DNA of 64,000 nt from Planctomycetota bacterium. GTDB lineage: Bacteria > Planctomycetota > Planctomycetia > JALXBF01. Shown here piece after piece: positions 39,601 through 48,899 of this stretch. The notes below the pieces were generated by a model that had not been told where the DNA came from, ran no database searches, and worked only from the letters and a program-made list of their open reading frames with translations. The stretch is taken from positions 1 through 64,000 of the forward strand of contig JALXBF010000183.1 in assembly GCA_026991575.1 (NCBI GenBank), given 5' to 3'. Each line of letters starts with the position of its first letter. Within the stretch, counting starts at the first letter, position 1. Position numbers and translations under genes: made by a program.

Positions 39601-41091
39601 GAAGTCGTTGCCGCCGGTATTGGTGCCGTCACCGTAGAGGTCGTCCGCGGAGATGTAGATATCGGACTTGCCAAAGCTGAGTGCGGCGACTCTCGTCTGC
39701 CAGCCACTGCCTGGGCTGTCGATGTACTGGGTCGTGTACCAGAACGTACGGCCATCGGCCGGATCGACGGTCATGCTGCTGTAGTCACCCCAGCGCGGAT
39801 TACCACTCTGCCAACCGCCTCCGGTCACAATCGTGTGCTCGCCGTCGGGCAGCGCACCGAGTGGATCGCCCGGCTGTCTACCGGCGTAGCGGATGCTTGG
39901 ATAGACAGTCTTGCTCGAGACGCTGTAGCCCAGTGCGATTTCGCCCAACTCATTGATGGCCGTCGATCCCATCCAGTGGTGTTCGTCATCGGGGGCGTAT
40001 GTACCTTCCTGGTACACGGTCCAGGTGGGCGTTCCGGAACGGCGCAGTTCGAACCAGCGGATGCCGGCTTGTTCCTCCGCAGTGCCGCCGTCGTAATCCG
40101 GCGTACTGTCCTCGTTGGCATCGACCGTGAAGCTGCCCACCAGCGCCTCATAGCCGTCGAACACCCGGTAGGTGACTCGGTAGTGCATGTAGTGGGGAAG
40201 GGCGTCGATCTGTTGGGACGTGCCCGGCTGCTCGATGTCCTCGCGGCCAGGGTCACCGAGCCAGTAGTCAAACTCCTGAATCGGCACGACCTGAGCCAGC
40301 GTGTAGGTCGAGTTAGCTGGCGTGACGAAGTCGACGTCGAACTGCCAGATCTCAAGGAAATCGGCGTTCGGGTCAGCCGACCCAGGGTTCGTCACTTCGT
40401 CGTCGACCTGTCGCACGAAAATGCCTGGCGTGCCGGGCGGTGGAGGGGCACCGTCAAGATCAACAGGCATGATGTGGTTGCGAGCCCAATTAGGCAGATC
40501 GACACCAGATCGCCGCACCATCTTGGCAGGGTTGCCCTGGAGCATGGCGGAGCGCTCCAGGGCATAGACCGGGTTGTCGCCCTCGTTGGTGCCGATGTAG
40601 TACGCGTCCGGCCACACGGCAAGCTTGGGATAGTCGGGGAAATTGGGCGTCTCGAACTCGTATGCGTACCAGTCGTCCGGATCGGACGTGGGCACGCCGG
40701 TCTTGGACACGTATACACAGAGTGCATTGTCGACGGCGTCGTCGACAAACTCCAGCAGCACCCAGCGGTCAGCGAGGTGGTCGTACGCGACGATCGGATC
40801 ACCTCTGCCGTTAGCGCAGTCAGACCCAGGGGGAGCAAGTGAGTCGAGCAGGAACGTGTCGAGCGTGGTTCCGTCTTTCTGGTAGATGGCCACGCGCGTG
40901 CCGCCCGCTGCGTTGGTGGCCTGCACGTAATGGTTCGGGCCGACATCGCCAACGGTGTCCGACGGCCGTGCGCCAGTGAAGCCGATCCCGTCGAAGTTGA
41001 CTAACGGCGTGGCGAAGGCAAGCAGTACGCGCTCTTCGAGCTGCTCCAGCCGAGTGAGACGGCGGGCTCCACGGCGCTTGGCGATGCGCAT
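33700..41091 (-). CDS. Giant (2463 aa) exported surface protein with Ca-binding Gly/Asp repeats, Ig-like, FG-GAP-like and PPC-like domains
   Basis: Leader LEQLEERVLL, an N-terminal beta-rich domain (DVGPNHYVQ, FPDYPK, RWGDYS), GGAGPD/GGDGED repeats, GDWDGDG repeats and C-terminal DRDWYAF/DRDMFSF modules. Confidence 0.8.
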   Translation of the reverse strand: MRIAKRRGARRLTRLEQLEERVLLAFATPLVNFDGIGFTGARPSDTVGDVGPNHYVQATNAAGGTRVAIYQKDGTTLDTFLLDSLAPPGSDCANGRGDPIVAYDHLADRWVLLEFVDDAVDNALCVYVSKTGVPTSDPDDWYAYEFETPNFPDYPKLAVWPDAYYIGTNEGDNPVYALERSAMLQGNPAKMVRRSGVDLPNWARNHIMPVDLDGAPPPPGTPGIFVRQVDDEVTNPGSADPNADFLEIWQFDVDFVTPANSTYTLAQVVPIQEFDYWLGDPGREDIEQPGTSQQIDALPHYMHYRVTYRVFDGYEALVGSFTVDANEDSTPDYDGGTAEEQAGIRWFELRRSGTPTWTVYQEGTYAPDDEHHWMGSTAINELGEIALGYSVSSKTVYPSIRYAGRQPGDPLGALPDGEHTIVTGGGWQSGNPRWGDYSSMTVDPADGRTFWYTTQYIDSPGSGWQTRVAALSFGKSDIYISADDLYGDGTNTGGNDFDEFLIRRNGPMLEVFLDGQLSRTLLYDAVERLIITGSDDADWLVVDNSAGQSIPVGGIDFDGRGDSLGGDRIILIGSSSVGSYLPDPAVTGAGTLQMDGGSIRFQDLEPIVISGFAEFTFISPNSNDDIQIVKVSNTSNKITGTSGGVAFETLEFYDVTNLALDLASNDDPLDSPNDRVRFMQDVVATGLNRITIRTGPGKDLVDAINVTSTPIEFDAGDGEDHFWSGGAADVFNGGAGPDLLHWGRGDAADYFIGGDGEDQARMVGDGGNQAVVLGANGTVATVTVDGTDVTLAGVEDLNLDLDAGDDGLVMQDITTTALRTIVADFGTGTSQTARVLGTGSDDVLTVDLVGTGIELTGVGPTIELIGLDSDDLLTIDLKAGSDTLQATGVAAAVTIDRSVNRIAGIAQPPVAFIGTETLAIDVAGPTANLWITEAEQYLHAPDVATDRGTLWADGLEIRYRGLTGGTMPPKALHLAGPATGGTATLRGTDQSDAMAISGSVVTTAGRANVVLHQLSPVTFELLDGDDSLAAYPTGGLDLVVDGGGPGQSDSLEVIGTAGADAISVDLDVQTISGVGSTISFAGIESVQIDGGGGADTLTVLGREVIDDTLRYRPHAADGGRFTLDGLVTSFRFDAIPGTFTVDLLDAVADTVVVSGTNNHDVITVDSPARVVSVENAAGTVLKPVQLADTVEHVSIEAGLGNDTVLVIPAPAAATSTDGQPYNRSVSVDGGPPGASDALVVAQAGGAPLPASDFVVLYRGRDADQGRVRVYRNAVAMPDISYRDIEVVSPITDPGVGRDNNLLIAGPDLYEPNQFRATAAFLGSGERINVSNLVIFPNWGEHRFVPADEDWFRVVAYQTGTLDVQAYFRQFDPALLPAGGDLQLEIYDEDGTLIAGNGPLFGTNDTDDDERVRIPVVAGETYYVRVFGAPAGSPTSPVVNAYDLTIINDLPPTPYDLELDDLPTDPNYDCTDDPPSALNSDTGRNQTDNVTCDNSPTIVLRLDDAILLQDLPGNPGPQDPPDEVIPIPFNPSIDPADTTPGYRVAVFVEGDPQVPGIDPQEPVGFAQPSAVPGVYVFDFDNALNGAGLDLPDGSHFISARVEMTDPADPTRRGFGPRSESLEIFVDTVAPPVAFGEPSVANDGLHPDSDTGIVDQPDTFVDRITADTTPTWWGVAEANAIVRVYADLNGDGLLDPGSDLFLGETVAVPTDGSDQFPRGLWEFRTEIDLNDPSYFPQDGLRTIFVTAEDLAGNVSSPQSLEIFVDTRGPRVTNIEYVPLSGGPNVPVFTPKPLAPTFGPTPLTQAIDITFEDEPVRVNGAVGFVYPAVNPVLATTPGNYRLVGDANGHILITDVLFLDATVAGDIARTTVRLVFATPLPDDRFTLTITDRLADRAGNRLDGDVQATGPGTAAEVLPSGDGVPGEDFVGRFTVDSRPEIAVFNDRLWFVDLNGNGIFDPDNRDATNRDIVWRFGQPGDWPVTGDWDGDGFDEIGVYGLRAGTYMFELDVNGNGTLDGGDAVFTFGNVNAQPIAADWNGDGVDEVGLYFNKTWWLDLNGNMTLDAGEQIATNMAGHPVAGDWDGDGDGDVGVYRTYQPGTTPVNRWLLDLDDNFQRNAGDLVIAESPPVGGRKRPVAADWNARGQAKIGIFKINPQEREAEWFLDVDRDGQFEPPPTGTPGIPLVDQDIFYRFGDRRSEPVVGNFDPPPAGAGTEIPELADDVGDRPGQAHRLPVGDEPVVLRSRIEEPTDRDWYAFRAVKNGRVAIDVTTPQSPLDPMIVVKLGKRTVARNGNYGGTLDSHVEFTVRQGRQYRILVRGQRNTVGDYVLSAQYLKPARDDHAGSRARATRMERVPFGTRVLWIGAGRIERARDRDMFSFEVTANGTYRIKVDNRTLGFDSVLTVIAADGSVLGRLATAEAADPTYRYDMVLELSAGRYWVRVEGHAGQRGDYELTVDEAIADLLGSL

Positions 41092-41661
41092 AAAGCACCC
41101 CCGGCGTCAAGCCAGAGTTGGACTGTGTGTTGGACACCGCACTGCGGTCAGGATGACAGGTATTGCGGTGTGGTTGTCGCAGCTAGCAGAGTGCGGGTCG
41201 CAGAGGTGGCTTCGGAGTCGCGCGCTACCGAGACCAGTTCTTGACCCAATCTGCTGGAGCCGCCATCGCACCGGCAACACCAACAGCCGAAACCTTAACT
41301 GATTGCACCCGCACTGTCAACCCCTTTTGCGACACGCCACTGCGCCCGACCGTCGCAATTTGGCAAGAGTTCACGAGGCCCATCGTTCCTGACTGGCCCA
41401 CCCATGGGCTCGCGATCAGCACGCCTGCTCGGCTCCTGCGTCGTCGGGGACAGCCACCCGCCGATCAGACAATGGCGACCAGTTCAGGGTTATCGCCGCC
41501 AAGATGTCGGCACCAAGGCGCACCGCACGGGAAAGAGTTGCGTATCGCGGGGTAGTGGCGTGAACCTGTCTCCCAGCCATCCCCGCCTGCACGTTCCCAG
41601 CTACGGCGCGGTGACCGGAAGCTCAAGCGGTCGCATTCCTGCAGTTCGACGGGGGTCAAAG

Positions 41662-41734
<73 letters not shown>

Positions 41735-42034
41735 GTGAGTCAGCGGCAACGCAGATCACTGTCATCTTATGCCCCACGGCCCACATGGCAAGCACCCGAG
41801 CCGGCGGTCATCCGCTGGAGTCTTCAGACCCATCCCGATCCGTCCCCCCTCGAACGCCAGGTACGGATGAGACCGACGGTGGTCTCCCCGTTAGGCTGCT
41901 CGATGGCCCGGGATTGCGGTCCAACTAGCCATACGATTCCGCTGTAGCAGGAGCCTTGCACCCGAGACTGGCCATGCCTGCTGGCGGGGCCGCGCGGCCA
42001 ACGGGACGCATGTGGGCGGAGCGGGCGTGGCGGG

Positions 42035-44101
42035 CTAGCTCTCGTCGTCTCCGCTCTTCTTCTGCTCCGGTGCCGCTCGCACGGGCTCCGTTGAGCTGTT
42101 TGGCGAAAGCTGCCGGCCGTCACCCTCGACCGCACTGCCGTCGTTGGCGACCGGCTTGTTCGCGTCGCTTGGCTTCGCAGATGCAGGCGGCTGCTTGCCC
42201 TCGGCCCGAGCCTTCATGATCTCATACAGCCGCAGGCCGATCTTGTCCTTAGGCGCTAGCTGCTTCAGGTAACCGAGCTCCCGGGCGGCCTCTTTCGGGT
42301 AACCAAGGAACCCGTAGTGGTAGCCAACCAGGAACCGAAGAGCCGGGTCGTTAGGGTTCTGCTGGATTGCTTTCTCCAGTGCCCTGAGGTGCTTGGTGTA
42401 GTCCTCCGGTTTGCCGTACAGTTCGCGCCAGTTGGCGACGACCACGTTCCAGTTCTTCTCTTCCAGAAGCGCCAGCCCGGCCTGAACCGCTCCGGCCGCC
42501 TCCCGGTACTTGCCGGTGGCAAACAGGGCCTGTCCCATCAACAGGAGCAACAGCCCGTTTTGTGGGTCTTCGACCAGGGCGTGCCGCCACAGCCGGGCAG
42601 CCCGTTCGTAGTTGCCCTGGCGAAATGCCTCTTCGGCCAGCGCTGCGAACTCATCCAGCAGCTCTCGGTCCCCCTCGGTCGTTGCCGACTCCGACGCACC
42701 AGCTGGTGGAGGCGGGTTGTCGGTCGATGGTGGGACAGCACGTGGTGCTTCAGCCTGCGGCTGTTGCTGTTGAGGCGGCAGGGTCGATGCGACCGTTGAG
42801 CCGTCGACGTTGTAGGTTGCGGCCGAAGGGGGAGCCCAGATGTTGTAGACGTTCGTGTATGTCACCGGGCCCAGCACGTACGGCCACAGGACTACCGGAG
42901 CCGGCACCGCGTAGGGCACGCACCACAGCGGCGCGTGCGCTCCCAACGCGATGGCAACGGACACCGACCAATCCTCGCCCACGTACCCGTAGTAGCCGTA
43001 AGTGAACGGGTCGTAGTACCAGCTCCATGGCCAGGCGTGGTGGTAGTAGTGGTAGGGTACGTAGTGCGGGTAGTAGCCGCGGTGGTAACCCAAGTAGAAG
43101 CTTCGGTAAGGGTAATACCAGTCACCAACGGCAAAGCCGAAGTAGAAGTGGTCCCGGTCCTTGTGCCGGTTATGCCTTGCCTCGTGGTGCTCGTCGCGGT
43201 GGCGGTCTACCCGGTGCGCAGCCGAACCCGAAGCGGCATGCCAGCGCCGTTCGGGACGTCCGGCTTCCCGTCGCTGCCGTTCGGCCTCGCGCCTGCGCAG
43301 GATGCTCAGAACCGACGGATTCGTGATTCGCCGCAAGTTGCCCTCGGGTGTAATGCGGTAGAACCGGTCGCGGCGGTGATCGTGCATGACCGTGGGCGAG
43401 TGTCGGTGGAAGAAGCTGTTCCGTGCCCGGTGAGCTTCGGGTCGGTCACCGAGCCGCAGTCTGGATAAGGTGCCGTCGCGTGTTGGGATGCGTTCGATGT
43501 CGCGTGTGCTCAGCCGGCGCAGCCGCGACAGCGATTCATCTCGACGTCGATCACTGCGCCGCTGGGGGCTGGCAGCTTGCCGCTCATGGCCCGCATGGCT
43601 GGCAGCACGCCGCAGCGCCGGGTTCACGCCATGACGCTCCAGGAAACTGGGCCGCGACGCGGCGCGAGCCGGAAGCTGGCGAGCGTCACCGCCGGGGCGG
43701 GCCTTCAGCTGCCGGGACGCTCCGGGTACCTGGCGCTTGCCGAGAGCTGCCGCCGCCGGCCGCTTCCGGACTGAGGCCCGGTCCGCGGGCCGTTTCCCGA
43801 GCGCGGCCGGTGGGTGCGATGGCCGCGTCGGCAGGGTTGCCCTTGGTCTTGCCGCGGGCCGAGACCGCGGCACTCGCGCTCGCGCAGCCGGCGCGGCCCG
43901 GCGTGGCCCGATGCGTGGCATGCTGCGGCGAATCGGGGTCCGCTGAATCCGTGCCGGTCCAGTGATCCGTGGTGCAGGGCGAGCACGTCGACTGCGCTTG
44001 CCATCGGCGCCGGCCGACAACGCCGACAAGCCAATGACGACAAACCCCAGGAGCAAGACGACGACGGAGCGAATCGACCGGATGTGGATCGCTGGCATCA
44101 T
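42035..44101 (-). CDS. Exported protein with Arg-rich and Tyr/His/Trp-rich low-complexity regions and a C-terminal TPR domain
   Basis: GGAGG RBS and signal peptide. TPR helices AEEAFRQGNYERAA, GQALFATGKYREAA and LRFLVGYHYGFLG. Confidence 0.75.
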   Translation of the reverse strand: MMPAIHIRSIRSVVVLLLGFVVIGLSALSAGADGKRSRRARPAPRITGPARIQRTPIRRSMPRIGPRRAAPAARARVPRSRPAARPRATLPTRPSHPPAALGKRPADRASVRKRPAAAALGKRQVPGASRQLKARPGGDARQLPARAASRPSFLERHGVNPALRRAASHAGHERQAASPQRRSDRRRDESLSRLRRLSTRDIERIPTRDGTLSRLRLGDRPEAHRARNSFFHRHSPTVMHDHRRDRFYRITPEGNLRRITNPSVLSILRRREAERQRREAGRPERRWHAASGSAAHRVDRHRDEHHEARHNRHKDRDHFYFGFAVGDWYYPYRSFYLGYHRGYYPHYVPYHYYHHAWPWSWYYDPFTYGYYGYVGEDWSVSVAIALGAHAPLWCVPYAVPAPVVLWPYVLGPVTYTNVYNIWAPPSAATYNVDGSTVASTLPPQQQQPQAEAPRAVPPSTDNPPPPAGASESATTEGDRELLDEFAALAEEAFRQGNYERAARLWRHALVEDPQNGLLLLLMGQALFATGKYREAAGAVQAGLALLEEKNWNVVVANWRELYGKPEDYTKHLRALEKAIQQNPNDPALRFLVGYHYGFLGYPKEAARELGYLKQLAPKDKIGLRLYEIMKARAEGKQPPASAKPSDANKPVANDGSAVEGDGRQLSPNSSTEPVRAAPEQKKSGDDES

Positions 44102-44161
44102 AAATCCTCCCCATGCGGGGAATGTGTACTCTTTTCCGTTACCCGTAGTAATGCTATCGGG

Positions 44162-44177
44162 TGCAAACCAGGTGCCA
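44162..44177 (-). promoter_or_regulatory. Sigma-54 (-24/-12) promoter candidate for the TPR gene
   Basis: The minus strand reads TGGCAC-CTGGT-TTGCA, a consensus match about 60 bp upstream of the start. Confidence 0.75.
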
Positions 44178-44473
44178 TACTGCGCCGACCGATGGGGCAA
44201 GTTCCGGACGTGCTGCCGGTTCACGGGGTTGCATCGATCATCCGGCAACCGCCGCTGCCAGCGGTACGCACTTAACCCGATGGGCCGCCGCTGCCGGGAC
44301 GATCCACCGTTCACCGCGTGAGGCCAACAGCCGCGCTGCGCGTGGGCTCGTCGTGCCGGGTGGAGCCGATGGTCCTGGGAAACCGCCGCGAGCGTCGCGG
44401 CGAGCGTATCCTGCGCGCGGCGCTGCGCCCTCAGTTAGACTACCGCCAACGCGTCACAGGAGGAGCCTTCCCA

Positions 44474-45331
44474 ATGAAGATCGGGATCGATTCCTATTCC
44501 TATCATCGATACTTTGGCGAGGTGTATCCGAAGATCCAGAAGCGGGCGCCTCGCAAGCGGTCGGTGTGGTGGTTCTTGGAAAGGGCCCGCGAGCTGGGCG
44601 TCGACGGCGTTTCGTTGGAGAGTTGCTTCTTGGAGCCGCTGTCGAGCCGGTTGGCGCGGCGTCTTCGGCGGTACCTCGATGAGCACGGGCTGGAGTGCGT
44701 CTGGGCCTGGGGTCATCCGACTGGTTTGAAGTCCGGCACGGACCGAGCGGCGCTGGCTGAGCTGATTGAGCACATCGCGGTGGCTCGGGAGCTTGGCGCG
44801 CGTGTGATGAGGATCGTCGGGGGCAGTCGCTTCACCACGCCGCCTAGCTGGTCGCAGCACAAGCGAAAGCTGGTCGCAGCGCTGCGTCGTGCGGTGCGGG
44901 CTGCCGAGCAAGCGGACGTGGTGCTGGCGCTTGAGAATCACATCGACCTCACTGCCGACCAGATGCTGGAAGTGCTCGATGCGGTTGGTTCTCCGTACTT
45001 GGGGGTCTGTCTGGACACGGCAAACAACATTCGCATGTTCGAGGATCCGATCGAGGTGGTGCGGAAGCTGGCACCGTGGGCCCGTGCGACGCACCTGAAG
45101 GACGTCAAGCCGTGGCGGGGCAGTCCGCGAGAGTTTTCGTTCTGGGCAAGCGTTCCGCTGGGCGAGGGGATCATCGGTATTGCGGACGTGGTTCGCTTGC
45201 TGAAGCAGGCACGATACAGCGGGCTGCTTGCGATCGAGATCGACTTCTTGCATCCGGACTATGTGGACGAGGACGAGGCGGTCGCGCGGAGCGTTGCCTA
45301 CTTGCGCGAGCTGCTGGGCCGGGGCGGCTGA
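44474..45331 (+). CDS. Sugar phosphate isomerase/epimerase family TIM-barrel protein (AP endonuclease 2 family)
   Basis: LALENH, VCLDTAN, THLKD, PLGEGII and LAIE metal-binding motifs. AGGAG RBS. Confidence 0.88.
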   Translation: MKIGIDSYSYHRYFGEVYPKIQKRAPRKRSVWWFLERARELGVDGVSLESCFLEPLSSRLARRLRRYLDEHGLECVWAWGHPTGLKSGTDRAALAELIEHIAVARELGARVMRIVGGSRFTTPPSWSQHKRKLVAALRRAVRAAEQADVVLALENHIDLTADQMLEVLDAVGSPYLGVCLDTANNIRMFEDPIEVVRKLAPWARATHLKDVKPWRGSPREFSFWASVPLGEGIIGIADVVRLLKQARYSGLLAIEIDFLHPDYVDEDEAVARSVAYLRELLGRGG

Positions 45332-45432
45332 CCGGCGTTGCATTTTCGCACGCGAATTGCCGATATGGATGGTGGTGACGGTCGTAACGGAAAGCTGCCC
45401 AGCAACGTCCGAGGACACAGCGAGGAGCGCCC

Positions 45433-46830
45433 TTGAACGTGCAGTTTCGCAAGGTCCACTGCGTGGGCGTAGGGGGGGCCGGAGTTGGTGCCGTAGCGGA
45501 ACTCCTGTGTCGTTCCGGTTGCCAGGTGAGTGGCTCGGACAGCGCGGTGGAGGGGGCGCCGGAGCGGCTGCGCCAGCTTGGGGTGCAGCTGTTCCAGGGG
45601 CATGCGGCGGAACACGTGCCCGAGGACGCGGACTGCGTCGTCTACAGCCCGGCGGTGCCGCTCGACAACATCGAGCTCCTGACGGCGCGTAGCCGGGGCA
45701 TTCCCACCTACTCACTGCCGCAACTGCTGGGCCTGTTGATGCGCCAGAGCTACGGCGTCGCGGTTAGCGGCACACATGGCAAGACGACGACGGCCGCGAT
45801 GCTGGGACGGATATTGGATGCTGCTGGGCTAGACCCGACGGTTGTTGTGGGGGGGACGGTGCTGGATTGGGGATCCCCGGTTCGGCTCGGCCGCGGCCGG
45901 ATCGTGCTGGTCGAGGCCTGTGAGTATGCCCGTAGCTTTCTGGAGCTGGCACCACGTGCCGCAGCGATTCTGAACATTGACGCGGACCATCTTGACTGGT
46001 ATGGGCACCTGGATTCGCTAGCGCAGGCGTATCGTGACTTTGCGGACCTCGTGCTTCCGCATGGCTATCTGCTGGTGCACGGAGATAGCGTTCTGGTGAG
46101 GCGGCTGGGGTTGGCGGAGCGGCGCGGATGCGAGCTGTTCGGGACCAACTCCGCCTGTCACTGGCGCTACGAACTCTGTGCTCAGGAGCACGGCTGCTAT
46201 CAGTTTCGCGTTTTCCGACGTGGCCGGTTCCATTGCCACGTGGCGCTTGGTGTTCCCGGCAAGCACAACGTGGCCAACGCGGTGGCGGCCCTGGCACTGG
46301 CCCAGCGGCTGGGCGTGCCAACCCGCACGGCTGTAGCGACCCTGGCCGACTTCTCCAGTTGCGCACGCCGGCTACAATTCGTTGGCTTTCGCCAGGGTGT
46401 TGCGCTCTATGACGACTACGCGCACCATCCAACCGCCGTTGCTGCCACGCTTGAGACGCTGCGGGAGTTGGCTCCACGCAGCCGCCTCTGGTGTGTCTTT
46501 CAACCGCACCAGCTCTGGCGCACGCGGCAACTGGCCGAGGAGTTCGCCCGCGCGCTGGCCCTGGCGGACGTCACCGTGATCCTGCCGGTGTATCCGGCAC
46601 GGGAACGCGTTCCCGGATCGCTCTGCGCCGTGGCCAGCCAGAAGCTGGTCACGCTCTGCCGGGCACTGGGCAGCGACGCGGTCTTCGCGCCGGACATGCC
46701 TGCAGCCGCTACAATCGTCGCCAGCCAAGCAGCGGCCGGGGATGCCGTCGTGACCATGGGAGCCGGCGACGTATGGAAGGTCCGCGATGTCCTTAGTCAA
46801 GGAATTCAGCACCATCGTCAAGCAGGATGA
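45433..46830 (+). CDS. murC: UDP-N-acetylmuramate--L-alanine ligase
   Basis: GVGGAG, VSGSD, GTHGKTTT, VEACEY, NIDADHLD, DDYAHHPT and FQPH. Confidence 0.93.
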   Translation: MNVQFRKVHCVGVGGAGVGAVAELLCRSGCQVSGSDSAVEGAPERLRQLGVQLFQGHAAEHVPEDADCVVYSPAVPLDNIELLTARSRGIPTYSLPQLLGLLMRQSYGVAVSGTHGKTTTAAMLGRILDAAGLDPTVVVGGTVLDWGSPVRLGRGRIVLVEACEYARSFLELAPRAAAILNIDADHLDWYGHLDSLAQAYRDFADLVLPHGYLLVHGDSVLVRRLGLAERRGCELFGTNSACHWRYELCAQEHGCYQFRVFRRGRFHCHVALGVPGKHNVANAVAALALAQRLGVPTRTAVATLADFSSCARRLQFVGFRQGVALYDDYAHHPTAVAATLETLRELAPRSRLWCVFQPHQLWRTRQLAEEFARALALADVTVILPVYPARERVPGSLCAVASQKLVTLCRALGSDAVFAPDMPAAATIVASQAAAGDAVVTMGAGDVWKVRDVLSQGIQHHRQAG

Positions 46831-47665
46831 ACCGCTCGCGCCGTACACCTACCTGAAGATCGGCGGTCCTGCCCGCTACTTTGCCGAACCAACCACCGTC
46901 GAGCAGCTCCGGGCGCTGTTGGTCCGGGCGCGGAACGAGGGACTGGCCGTGTATGTGCTCGGCGGCGGTTCCAACGTTCTGGTCCGCGACGAGGGGGTCA
47001 ACGGTCTGGTCATCCGTACCACAGCGCCGGCGTTCCGCACCATCGACGTACGCGACAACCTGGTCTCGGCCGGCGCAGGCACGAGCCTGTGGTCCACGAT
47101 CCGTGCTGCTGCGGAGCGTCGGCTCGCCGGGCTCGAACTCTTAGCTGGGATTCCCGGCACTGTTGGCGGTGCCGTGCGTATGAATGCCGGCGGACGGTTC
47201 GGTGATATCGGCCAGTTCACCCAGTCGGTCACCGTGATGGACTGGGACGGTGAGATTCATGTTCTCGAGCGGGCGGACTTGAACTTCGAATACCGCGACA
47301 GCGGCATCGATGAGCCGATCATTCTCTCAGCTACCTTTGCCCTAGAGGAAGACGATCCGGTGGCAATCGCTCGCCGCATGAAGAAGGTCTGGATCACCAA
47401 GAAGGCGACCCAGCCGTTGACGTTTCAGTCCGCCGGCTGCATTTTCAAGAATGTGCGCGGCCTGTCTGCCGGGGCGCTCATCGAACAGGCCGGGCTCAAG
47501 GGCTACCGTGTCGGCTCTGCTGAAGTGAGCGAACGGCACGCCAACTTCATCATTGCTCACCCCGGCTGCACAGCCCGCGACGTGCTCCGCCTCATTGATC
47601 TGATCCGTGAACGGGTTAAGGCGAAGTTCGGGGTTGAGCTGGAACTGGAGATCAAGATTTGGTAG
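46787..47665 (+). CDS. murB: UDP-N-acetylenolpyruvoylglucosamine reductase
   Basis: KIGGPA, LGGGSNVL, GIPGTVGGAVRMNAG, SAGCIFKN, VSERHANF and LELEI. Confidence 0.96.
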   Translation: MSLVKEFSTIVKQDEPLAPYTYLKIGGPARYFAEPTTVEQLRALLVRARNEGLAVYVLGGGSNVLVRDEGVNGLVIRTTAPAFRTIDVRDNLVSAGAGTSLWSTIRAAAERRLAGLELLAGIPGTVGGAVRMNAGGRFGDIGQFTQSVTVMDWDGEIHVLERADLNFEYRDSGIDEPIILSATFALEEDDPVAIARRMKKVWITKKATQPLTFQSAGCIFKNVRGLSAGALIEQAGLKGYRVGSAEVSERHANFIIAHPGCTARDVLRLIDLIRERVKAKFGVELELEIKIW

Positions 47666-47784
47666 CTCTTCTGCCGCGGCGGGCACGATCGAGACGCTGT
47701 CCGGGACGGTCGCTCCGGCCAGCGGCCCCGCGCCTCTGAAGGACGATCACGTAGCTTGTTGCTACCAGACAGGGATGTTCTGCC

Positions 47785-48753
47785 ATGAACCAGGCGTATG
47801 CCGGCGGCCATGGACATCAGCCCCTGCGTATCGCGGTGTTGCTGGGCGGTAACTCCGCTGAACGTGAGGTCAGCCGCGAGAGCGGCCAGTGCGTTGCCGA
47901 GGCGCTTCGCTCGCTGGGCCACTCCGTCGTGCTGTTGGATCCGGCCGAGTGCGCCCTGCGGAGTTTTCCGTGGAGCGAGGTCGACGTGGCGTTCATCGCG
48001 CTGCACGGTGGCAGCGGCGAGGACGGCACGGTGCAGGCGCTGCTAGCCCGGCTCGGCGTGCCCTACACCGGCAGCAGTCCCGAAGCATGCCGTATGGCCC
48101 TCTCGAAACGGCTCAGCAAAGAACGTTTCCGGGCCGCCGGCCTGGTTTGCCCCCCTTGCATCGTACTCACTCCCGACCTTCCCCGCCGCGACGTCGAGCG
48201 AGCAGTTCAGATGCTTGGCTATCCGGTTGTGATCAAACCGGACCGGCAGGGCTCGAGCGTGGGGGTGTCGGTGGTCCACGAGCCGGCCGACCTCGAACCG
48301 GCTCTGACCGCCGCTGCCCGTTTCGACCCGGTGGTGATCGCCGAACGGTACATTGCCGGACGTGAGCTGACGGTGGCACTGCTGGGACTGCGCACCTTGC
48401 CGCCCGTGGAGATCCTGTACTACGGCGATTGCTTCAGCTACCACGCCAAGTACCATGACAGTGACACGCAGTATGAGGTGCCCGCGAACCTGAGCCCACG
48501 GGCGGTCGAGCGTGTCCGAGACGCAGCGCGGCGTGCTGTGCTCGCGCTGGGCTGTAGTGGCCTGACACGTGTCGATCTGCGGCTGGATGACGAGGACCAA
48601 CCGTGGCTGCTGGAGTTAAACGCCGTCCCGGGTCTTACTGCGCACAGCCTGGCTCCGCTGGCTGCTCGGGCGGCCGGTATGAGCATGGCCGAGCTTTGTC
48701 AGTGGATGGTGTGCGACGCGCTATGCCGTGGGCGGGTACGTCGAGCTGCCTAA
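47785..48753 (+). CDS. ddl: D-alanine--D-alanine ligase
   Basis: GGNSAEREVS, LHGGSGEDGTVQ, GSSVG, YHAKY, RVDLR and LELNAVPGLT. Confidence 0.95.
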   Translation: MNQAYAGGHGHQPLRIAVLLGGNSAEREVSRESGQCVAEALRSLGHSVVLLDPAECALRSFPWSEVDVAFIALHGGSGEDGTVQALLARLGVPYTGSSPEACRMALSKRLSKERFRAAGLVCPPCIVLTPDLPRRDVERAVQMLGYPVVIKPDRQGSSVGVSVVHEPADLEPALTAAARFDPVVIAERYIAGRELTVALLGLRTLPPVEILYYGDCFSYHAKYHDSDTQYEVPANLSPRAVERVRDAARRAVLALGCSGLTRVDLRLDDEDQPWLLELNAVPGLTAHSLAPLAARAAGMSMAELCQWMVCDALCRGRVRRAA

Positions 48754-48899
48754 GCGGCGCGTGAAGCCGTGGCGCGTGGGGGGGCGGAGGCGCGGCCAGC
48801 GAGGGGCGCGGTGCCGGTCGATTCTCGCCCGCCGCGCCACCGCCCGGGCCATCGGGGGGGGCACCGCGCCCACCAACTTGAACAGTACGTCCGAACACG

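Noticed and set aside
44435..45715. 426-aa minus-strand ORF
   Set aside because: It overlaps the TIM-barrel gene and murC on the opposite strand and has low-complexity shadow composition.
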